Source of the DNA: Okeania sp. | Lineage (GTDB): Bacteria > Cyanobacteriota > Cyanobacteriia > Cyanobacteriales > Microcoleaceae | NCBI RefSeq assembly: GCF_035285525.1 | Contig: NZ_JAYKGW010000121.1 | Span: 1-16,839 of the forward strand | Length of the DNA: 16,839 nt | Direction: 5' to 3' | In this document: piece by piece, positions 1-7,200 of the stretch | Layout: the number at the start of each line of letters is the position of its first letter | How positions within the stretch are numbered: position 1 is the stretch's first letter | The notes under the pieces: model-generated | What the model was told of the DNA's origin: nothing | What the model saw: only the letters and a program-made list of their open reading frames with translations | The model's database searches: none | Position numbers and translations under genes: made by a program

Positions 1-143
1 TCCTGATTTTTAATTTTTGCCAAAGTATTTGGAATAATATCATCTACTATCTAATATTTTTCCAGAGATTAATTAACAAGTGTGAACAAAATCTACTAAG
101 TATTAGGTTTATTGCCAAATATAGCAACCCTAAAAAAGTAAAT

Positions 144-166
144 AAAAAAACTGAAACTCTTTCCAG
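144..166 (-). terminator. possible intrinsic terminator after the Crp-family gene
   Basis: On the minus strand the stop codon (167-169) is followed directly by CTGGAAAGAGTTTCAG. This forms a 6-bp stem (one G-U pair) with a 4-nt loop, then a run of 7 T. The stem is weak. Confidence 0.35.
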
Positions 167-949
167 TTAAGTGTTCCCTCCATACCTGTTCCCTTGTTTT
201 GCAGATTCTGTTGGCAAACAGATGAGATTATCATTCTGAATATAGATTAAACCTTGCTGACGTAACTTACCCATAAGACGAGTCACAGTTACACGGGTAG
301 AACCGATGGCACTTCCAATTTGAGCGTGAGTCAAAGGCCAAGGTAAATAATAACCGCTGACTACTTCTGGGTTATCTTGCTTAATCCAAGACTCCCCGTA
401 TTCTTCAATTAATAGTGTGATAAATCCAAATAAGCGATCGATAGTACGACGTTGCCCCAGGGTACTCAACCACAAAAGTTTCCTTTGATGTTGATAGCGA
501 AAAGCGTCTAGAACTTCTCTGCGGAAGTGAGGCCAGTTATCGAGGTCATGCCAATACATCCAAAGTACAGTTGTTTGATCTGCGTGAGCATAAGCTTGTA
601 GTGTAAATGGTGACTGAGTTATTAGTTCAAATGGTTGACCAGCACCAACGAATCCCAGAAAAGCTTGGTCTGAAGTTGGACTTATTTTTGACTTGTTAGC
701 TCTATTGCGACTAGCATTAATGTGGGCATTACCTACTAGGCGAATAGCTCCTTTTTGGATGAGATACAGCAAACCTGGGCGAGCCGGAATACGTTCATCT
801 TTGGTAAAAGTTCTGCTACGATAGTGTTCTTCTGCCCAATCTATAATCAGTTGCCAAGTTAAAAATGGCCTGTTTCTCAGTGCTGCAGTGTCAGTAGGTT
901 GTATATTTAGCGACATTTCTGGAATGTCTGGATGTGATGATAATTGCAT
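167..949 (-). CDS. Crp/FNR-family transcriptional regulator, NtcA-like recognition helix
   Basis: 260-aa ORF. The C-terminal HTH THAQIGSAIGSTRVTVTRLMGKLRQQGLI fits the Crp/FNR HTH. The stretch AIGSTRVTVTRL is what I recall for the NtcA recognition helix. The N-terminal half shows a beta-roll-like pattern (LLYLIQKGAIRLVG ... GAGQPFEL). The start could be M1 (949) or M12 (916). Confidence 0.8.
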   Translation of the reverse strand: MQLSSHPDIPEMSLNIQPTDTAALRNRPFLTWQLIIDWAEEHYRSRTFTKDERIPARPGLLYLIQKGAIRLVGNAHINASRNRANKSKISPTSDQAFLGFVGAGQPFELITQSPFTLQAYAHADQTTVLWMYWHDLDNWPHFRREVLDAFRYQHQRKLLWLSTLGQRRTIDRLFGFITLLIEEYGESWIKQDNPEVVSGYYLPWPLTHAQIGSAIGSTRVTVTRLMGKLRQQGLIYIQNDNLICLPTESAKQGNRYGGNT

Positions 950-958
950 AATTACTCT

Positions 959-1154
959 CTTTTGGTTATTTCAGTTATCAGTTAGCCTCCTATGGGAGGA
1001 ACTGGACAATTCAGTTAGCCTCCTGGGTCGGAACTTCGTTATCAGTACCTTTGGCTGTTTGCGCAGCATTCCCCAGGAAATCCAGAGGTTTGAAATACTG
1101 AAGTTTATTTTTTTCATTCCCTTGAAAAGGGAGGCTTTAGACCCTATTTTTCGG
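959..1154 (-). repeat. dispersed hairpin-containing element, copy C (sense to the Crp gene)
   Basis: Read on the minus strand it aligns with the copies at 1342-1462 and 4030-4176. Shared blocks are CCRAAAAAT..GGT.TAAAGCCTCCC-hairpin-GGGAATGAAAAAA...TCAGTATTTCAA.CCT...hairpin...ACTGATAACTGAAATRACCAAAAG. It ends 10 nt upstream of the Crp ATG. Confidence 0.7.
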
Positions 1155-1341
1155 TAAAAGTTGGACTTGGGTTAAAATCAATTTAGTCAGGAGAATAGGA
1201 TCGGATATTAATCTATTTGTCTATTTGCTTATACCAATTTTACCCTTAGTATTAGTGTAGCAAAAAACACATCTATTTCTCAATGGGGTGGTGACAATTT
1301 TAATAAAATTATCATCTTAGTGCATACTTTTATCCTTATTA

Positions 1342-1462
1342 CCAAAAAATGAGGTATAAAGCCTCCCCTGGTTCGGGGATGAAAAAATATTTAACTCAGT
1401 ATTTCAAGCCTCCTAGTCTAGTCGGAGGTTCACTCTCTACTGATAACTGAAATGACCAAAAG
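1342..1462 (+). repeat. dispersed hairpin-containing element, copy B (sense to the DALR gene)
   Basis: Same block structure as 959-1154 (inverted) and 4030-4176. It contains the hairpins CCCC-TGGTT-CGGGG and CCTCC-N10-GGAGG. Confidence 0.7.
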
Positions 1463-1740
1463 CTCTAAGTTCATACTGGGAACAATTGTAATGGTTGTAA
1501 CAAAATTATCATTTCAGTGCATAATTTTATGCTTATTGCAGGGAACACTTAACTGGGAACCGGGAAAAGTTGTTCAAGTGTTTCCGCTTTCTAAGATTCA
1601 TCATCAGTTGATGTCCTAACCGCCTTTGGGGTTGCTATATTCCCAAAAGCTGTAAGTTCATATTAAGGAAAATTGTAATGTTTGTAACAAAATTATCATT
1701 TCAGTGCATAATTTTATGCTTATTGCAAAAAGCTGTAAGA
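1457..1740 (+). repeat. about 85-bp direct repeat pair (1457-1540 and 1643-1727, plus a partial third start) split by a 102-bp inserted element
   Basis: CCAAAAGCTNTAAGTTCATA...AATTGTAATGKTTGTAACAAAATTATCATTTCAGTGCATAATTTTATGCTTATTGCA occurs twice, and AAAAGCTGTAAGA restarts at 1727. The insert 1541-1642 begins with a mini inverted repeat, GGGAACACTTAAC...GTTCAAGTGTTTCC. The ATG at 1678 lies inside copy 2, and the same ATG exists in copy 1 at 1490. Confidence 0.75.
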
Positions 1741-2748
1741 TCATGTCCGGTAGCATCGGTATTGTATAGAGAAGGCAAGGAAGAAGCTTTAAGAGAAGAA
1801 AAAACTTTATATGGCGATAGATATTTCTCCAACTTTTACACAAACAATACCAACAGACATGACATAATTCCCATTAAGCAGATTAGAGATGTTGGAGGAG
1901 TTACATACAAGTCGGCGATCGCTCTCAAGTTAGCTTCGGTTTGGCAGCAACCAGCAATAAATATTGCTACTGAGTTAGCTAAGTATTGTCAAGAAATAAT
2001 TAATACAGAAGGAAAGAAAAATGTAGTAGATTTCCGGATGGAAGTAATTGCATCTGGTATAATTTACGTTAAAATAACAAATTCGAGTATAGCTAACTGG
2101 TTAAGTAATTTAACATCTGTTTCCCTGAAGAGCGATCGCTCAAAGTTTCTGGTAGATATTAATCTTCAATCTGATGAAACTATAAACAGGACTTACGCAG
2201 AAACGGGGTTTCTGAAAGAAATTTCATCGTTTGAGCAACAAGCTCATGGCAATAAACCGGGTTTCTTGGTTGGTTTGTCTAAGTCCCGTGTAAATTTGTT
2301 TCCTATTCAATATAGTCATGCTCGTTGTTGTTCCCTATTACGGATGGGAGAAAGGGATGGTTTAATTACTTTGATGCTAACAACTCCAGAAAACTATAGT
2401 CAATATTGGTTGATTCAAACTCCTAAAGCTATACCCTGGCAAAAAATTAATGGAGAATTACAATTTTTACATCATGCTGAATATGAACTCATTGCTGAAA
2501 TCGCTTCTACTCTAGATTGTATCTATTGTGTTTCCATCACTAAAAAATCTATAAACTGGGTAAAAGTAGCTAATTCTTTGAGTAACGCTTTTCAAACATT
2601 TTACCGTCAGTGTCGTATATGGGGTGAAGTTAAAGTAGAAACCCCAGAGTTAGCAAAAGCTAGATTAGGTTTAGTGTTGGTAACTCAATCTCTCCTTAGA
2701 TTTTTATTAGAAGAAAAGTTAGATACTGAAGCACCTTTAGAACTGTAA
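1678..2748 (+). CDS. ArgRS-derived protein: ArgRS N-terminal domain plus DALR anticodon-binding domain, no catalytic core
   Basis: PIQYSHARCCSLLR matches the ArgRS motif (YxQYAHARxCSxxR). The C-terminus LSNAFQTFYRQCRIWG...AKARLGLVLVTQSLLRFLLEEKLDTEAPLEL fits the end of a DALR domain. The N-terminal part IPIKQIRDVGGVTYKSAIALKLASVWQQPAINIATELAKY...MEVIASGIIYVKI resembles Arg_tRNA_synt_N (xGDYxxNxAMxLAKxxxxxPxxIAxxL...VEIAGPGFINI). I saw no HIGH or KMSK motifs. The true start is uncertain because the first ~17 codons are repeat-derived. In-frame TTG codons occur at 1723 and 1762. Confidence 0.75.
   Translation: MFVTKLSFQCIILCLLQKAVRSCPVASVLYREGKEEALREEKTLYGDRYFSNFYTNNTNRHDIIPIKQIRDVGGVTYKSAIALKLASVWQQPAINIATELAKYCQEIINTEGKKNVVDFRMEVIASGIIYVKITNSSIANWLSNLTSVSLKSDRSKFLVDINLQSDETINRTYAETGFLKEISSFEQQAHGNKPGFLVGLSKSRVNLFPIQYSHARCCSLLRMGERDGLITLMLTTPENYSQYWLIQTPKAIPWQKINGELQFLHHAEYELIAEIASTLDCIYCVSITKKSINWVKVANSLSNAFQTFYRQCRIWGEVKVETPELAKARLGLVLVTQSLLRFLLEEKLDTEAPLEL
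2188..2286 (+). mobile_element. MITE-like insertion lying in frame inside the ArgRS-like CDS
   Basis: Imperfect termini AGGACTTACGCAG ... GTCTAAGTCC belong to the same family as 3219-3332. Internal GAAACGGGGTTTCTG and AAACCGGGTTTCT resemble CAGAAACCCGGTTTCT at 2916-2931. It is translated as RTYAETGFLKEISSFEQQAHGNKPGFLVGLSKS. Confidence 0.55.
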
Positions 2749-2824
2749 TATCATGTCGGGTTGAATAATACTTGAGAGGAATCCGGTTACAAGTGTATAT
2801 GTTCATAATTTTATCTACACTTCA

Positions 2825-2860
2825 ATCTCCCCATCTCCCCATCTCCCCATCCCACCATCT
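2825..2860. repeat. 8-bp microsatellite (ATCTCCCC) about 4.5 copies
   Basis: Directly visible: ATCTCCCC x3, then ATCCCACC, then ATCT. Confidence 0.9.
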
Positions 2861-3218
2861 CTTGGTGCGCATTCCTGGTAGGGAGTAGGCAGTAGCAAAA
2901 AAGGGAATAGTATCCAGAAACCCGGTTTCTAGGTCTCTGTTAGTCAGAATTTGTGTAAGTCCTGCTTTTGCAGAAAACCAACGTTATCAACGACTTCTAG
3001 CAATGTGCGCACTTAATATTGACAAATTGCAGGAGCTGTCCAATAGATAAAAGCCTTATATCATCGGGCATTCATTCTCCCTGTTCCCACCTTCTGTGTT
3101 CCCTGTTTCCTGCGTGCAGCGCTATATTTGGCAAAGTCTCGAACTTGGCAAAATGTCTGGATTAACAGCAGCAGAACTTTTAGAGATCTCCAGAAATAAA
3201 AAATAGAATCAATTATTT

Positions 3219-3332
3219 AGGACTTACGCAGAACAATGTGTTTCTGTCATTGCTCGCGAGGCGCGTTTGCGAAGCAGTCCGTCAGGATAGCAATCTCAAA
3301 TGACCAAAACTCGTTACCAATGCGTAAGTCCT
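3219..3332. mobile_element. MITE with 12-bp terminal inverted repeats AGGACTTACGCA / TGCGTAAGTCCT
   Basis: Perfect TIRs at 3219-3230 and 3321-3332. The ~114-bp non-coding interior has its own internal pairing (ATTGCT...AGCAAT). Confidence 0.75.
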
Positions 3333-3341
3333 GTTATTATT

Positions 3342-3431
3342 AGGACTTACCCAGAGACGCTACATATAGAGTTCAAAACTATTGTGCAATAGTTTTTTTG
3401 ACTCTACACATAGTACCTTTGCCTAAGTCCT
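3342..3431. mobile_element. second MITE of the GGACTTA family
   Basis: AGGACTTACCCAG at 3342 and GCCTAAGTCCT at 3421-3431 form imperfect TIRs. The interior carries the palindrome CAAAACTATTGTGCAATAGTTTTTTTG. Confidence 0.6.
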
Positions 3432-3625
3432 GATTATCTATAAATCATCAATTACTACCCCCTCCATACCTATTCCCTCCATACCTGTTTCCTCTTTTCC
3501 GGAGATGTCTTTTGCATATTAAAATTGAAGAATTAGGGTTGCGTCGTCAAGAAGCTGAGGTTTATGCTGTTAAATAAAAAAACTAAAGGAACAATTCTTG
3601 ATGCTACTGCAATTATTGATTTTCG

Positions 3626-3877
3626 CTGGCTAAATGAGTGGGAGTGGTTACAAAAATATTATATAGCAACGGACAAGGGGATGAAGACATGAACTGATGA
3701 TGAATCAAATACCACGGCAAGACTGTTCCCACCTTCTGTGTTCCCAGTTCCCTGGCTAAATGAGTGAGAGTGGTTACAAAAATATTATATAGCAACGGAC
3801 AAGGGGATGAAGACATGAACTGATGATGAATCAAAAACCACGGAAAGACTTTTCCAACTGTTCCCTGTTCCCTGTTA
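3626..3877. repeat. 126-bp tandem duplication (2 copies)
   Basis: CTGGCTAAATGAGTGRGAGTGGTTACAAAAATATTATATAGCAACGGACAAGGGGATGAAGACATGAACTGATGATGAATCAAAWACCACGG begins at 3626 and again at 3752. The first ~98 bp of each copy are near identical and the tails diverge. The minus strand carries GATTCATCATCAGTTCATGTC, related to 1596-1616. Confidence 0.9.
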
Positions 3878-3917
3878 AGTGTTCCCTGTTTTCGAGGTGC
3901 TAGTGGTGATGGTATGG

Positions 3918-3958
3918 AAGAGCGATCGCTTTCTGGGAAATAGACAGCGATCGCTCTT
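3918..3958. repeat. HIP1-based perfect hairpin (13-bp arms, 15-nt loop)
   Basis: AAGAGCGATCGCT (3918-3930) and AGCGATCGCTCTT (3946-3958) are exact reverse complements. Confidence 0.85.
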
Positions 3959-4029
3959 GGATATTAATGATTATAGTTCCCTGTTATCTGAATTTGAACT
4001 ATGGGAATCATTACTATAATCAATCATTA

Positions 4030-4176
4030 CCAAAAAATGAAGGTATAAAGCCTCCCCTGGTTCGGGAATGAAAAAATATTTAACACGGTTCCCGATAAAT
4101 CAGTATTTCCAGCCTCAGACTTTAGTCTGAGGTTCACTGATAACTGTTAACTGATAACCGATCGCTGAAATGACCA
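4030..4176 (+). repeat. dispersed hairpin-containing element, copy A
   Basis: Aligns with 1342-1462 and carries the hairpin CCTCAGAC-TTTA-GTCTGAGG. Relative to copy B it has an extra 15 bp, ACGGTTCCCGATAAA (4085-4099). It lies just 3' of the convergent giant gene. Confidence 0.7.
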
Positions 4177-4202
4177 TGACTTACCCAGAACCCTATGGCG
4201 CA

Positions 4203-7200
4203 TTACCCACATTGAGCCACATTAACAGTAAAAGTATTAGTCACTGTTTGACCGTTTGATACAGCACTCACGGTAATCTGAGCCGTACCAAGCTGATTCT
4301 CTAGATAGTCAAGGATCAGATTGTTTCCTTTTATTGTTGCACTTAGTAAACCAGGGTTGGTGTTTGTTGGTGCTAAAAAGGTGATGATGCTGTCGGGATC
4401 GGGATCGGTAAACAATGAGTATAAATCAATTTTTTGGTTAGGGGAATTCTTATAGACATTGATATCATCTATGGGATTTGGTACTAGGATATCTTCTACT
4501 GAAGCCACATTAATAGCAAAAGTATCGCTCAAAAATAGACCATTTGACTCTGCTACAACCATAATCTCAGCCTTACCAAACTGATTATCTAGAAAGTCGA
4601 GAGTGAGATTGTTTCCTTCTATTGTCTCACTTACTAAACCAGGGTTGTTGTTTGTTTGTATAAAGGTGAAAGGGTTGTCGATATCAATAAATACTGAGGA
4701 TAAATCAATTATTTGGTTAGGGGCGTCCTCATCGACATTGACATCAGGTATTTCACCACGCTTGAATGCTAGATCGTCTATTGGAGCAACATTGACAGTA
4801 AAAGTATCAGTCACTGTTTTACCTTTTGACTTTGCTACAACGCTAATCTTAGCCGTACCAAATTTATTATCTAGAAAATCGAGGGTGAGATTGTTTTCTT
4901 CTATTGTCGCACTTACTAAACCAGGGTTGTTGTTTGTTGGTATAAAGGTGAGGGTGCTGTCAATATCAGTAAACACTGAGGATAAATCTATTGTTTGGTT
5001 AGGAGCATCCTCATCAACATTTATATCAAGTATCGGATTAAGTCTGATGGGTGGATCGTCTACTGAAACCACCTTCACAGTAAAAGTATCGGTTTTTGTT
5101 TCACCGTTTGACTCTGCACTCACACTAATCTCAGCCTTACCATGCTGATTATCTAAATAGTCTAGGATGAGATTGTTTCCTTTTATTGTTGCATTTACTA
5201 GATCGGGGTTGTCGTTTATTGGTGTAGCAAAGGTGATGATGCTGTCGGGATCGGCATCAGTAAATACTGAGAATAAATCAATTGTTTGGTTAGGAGCATC
5301 CTCATATACATTTTTGTTACCTATGGGATTGGATATTACTAGGGGGTCTTCTACTGAAGCCACATTAACAGCAAAAGTATCGGTAACAAACTTACCATCA
5401 TTAGCAGCAGTTGCTTTCACCCTAATATTAGTAGTACCAAATTTGTCATCTAAAAAGTCTAAGGTAAGTATGTCGCCATTAATGCTCGGATTAACCAGGT
5501 CTGTGTTAGTGTTCTTAGTGACTTTGTATATAAGCTCGCTGTCAGCATCAGTAAAATACTTAGATAGATCTATTTCTTCGTTGGCAGCATCTTCATTTAC
5601 CTCGATATCCTCAATAGGTTTAACAACTGTTGGCACTCGATCTGTCTGCAAACTCAACTCATATTCAGTTTTTGCCTTACCAACTGGAATAACACGAGCA
5701 TAATAAGTACCAGGGTTTAATTCCTTAGTAATAGATTCTTGTGTTTTTCCAAGATTTTCGGACTGGTCTAGAATTGTATCCCCATCTCCATCTAACAACT
5801 CTAAATTTGCATTCCGGTTCAGTTTATCCAAAGTTAGATTAACTTCTGCAGACTCAGTTAATTCAAAACTGAAATAATCAACTAAATCTCGAATAGTTCC
5901 CTTGGTAAAGCCGACATCGTTATTCTCATCTATGGTGAATTTCTGGTTGAGATTTCCCAACTCTTTTGCTGTTGCTGGAGTAGGGTAGTCATCCTTATTT
6001 TCATCGGCGCTTATTTCCAAATTGTATTTGGTCTTACCTGCACCGTTACCTCCAGGAGAAACTCGGACATAATAAGTGCCTGGTTCCAAAATTTCGTCAA
6101 TAGTTTCGCTTTTCTGCTTAGAATTGTCAGATGTACCTAATAATGATGTATTATCCTCAGCAAGTAATTCTAATTTACCATTACCGGTTAACCCATCTAA
6201 AGTAATATTGACTTCGCTTTCTTTGGTCAAAGTAAAATTATAGTAATCCTGAAAATCCTTGACACTACCGATAGTAAAGCCAACCTGGTCAGATATGGTT
6301 ACTGGGTCTTCACCTAGCACCACTTCTAGATCGTTACCAGGAGGATTATCATCACCATCATCTGTAGGAATGCCTGACAAACTCAGGGAATATTTTGTCT
6401 TATTGCTACCTACTTTCTTAACGCGAGTGTAGTATACTCCTGGCTCAAGAACTTGATTAATTTCCTCAGCAACTTTACCTTTATTACTGGATTCATACAA
6501 TAAAGTAGTACCATCACTGTCGTATAATTCCAGGTCAGCATTCTGACTCAACCCATCCAGTTGTATCGTTAAGTCAGTTTCTTCCGTCAGCTCAAACTTG
6601 GAGTAGTCGTTAGCGTCTATAAAACCACCCTTTGTGAAGCCAATATTATCAGTTTTTTTAATCTCGTCCTCTCCTAGCTTACCTAGATCTTGACCAGGAA
6701 CTTGACCATCTAGGTCTTTAGGATCGGTAGCATTGATGCTGAGATTGTACTTGGTGCGAGCACTACCAAAAGGTTTAACTAAAATATGATAATCGCCAGG
6801 CTCCAATATACTGGTAATTTCATCTAATGCTTTGCTCTTCTGACTAGAACTAAATAATAGATTACCCAGATAGTCCTGTAATTCTAAGTCAGCATTTTGG
6901 TTGAGACCGTCAAGAGTAATGTTTACTTCTTTATCGTTTTCCAAGGTAAACTGGTAGTAATCTCTTTGGTCTCGCTGACCATACTCTTGGAAGCCAATTT
7001 TATCTGTAAAATTTTCTGGCTCTTCTCCAACTTCAATCTTTTGAGCTAAATCGATGGTTCCATCAGGATCATAGATTCTGTCTGAATCAACACTTAACCG
7101 ATATTCAGTCTTAGCAGTTCCCTGGGGTTCTACTTGCAGGTAATAAGTACCCGCTTCTAATACCTGGTCTATTTCTTCTTTCTTTTTGCCTTTTTCTCGG

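Noticed and set aside
888-1157. 89-aa plus-strand ORF
   Set aside because: It overlaps the Crp gene start in antisense and then runs through dispersed-repeat copy C, with no coding features. The 61-aa ORF at 1658-1843 (minus) is likewise antisense to the ArgRS-like gene and repeat-derived.
3153-3206. Mini-ORFs such as MSGLTAAELLEISRNKK (3153-3206) and MKNLISAIKLLMLDKF... (13526-13621)
   Set aside because: They are too short, have no RBS or conservation evidence available, and are embedded in repeat-rich or AT-rich spacer. They cannot be supported from sequence alone.
3613-3834. 73-aa ORF with an internal repeat (IHHQFMSSSPCPLLYNIFVTT x2)
   Set aside because: It is simply the 126-bp tandem duplication read through in one frame. 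The composition and context are non-coding.
4603-5703. 181-aa and 178-aa plus-strand ORFs
   Set aside because: They are antisense shadows of the tandem-95 repeat region of the 1288-aa gene. Their repetitive Ser/Leu-rich translations mirror the sense-strand repeats.
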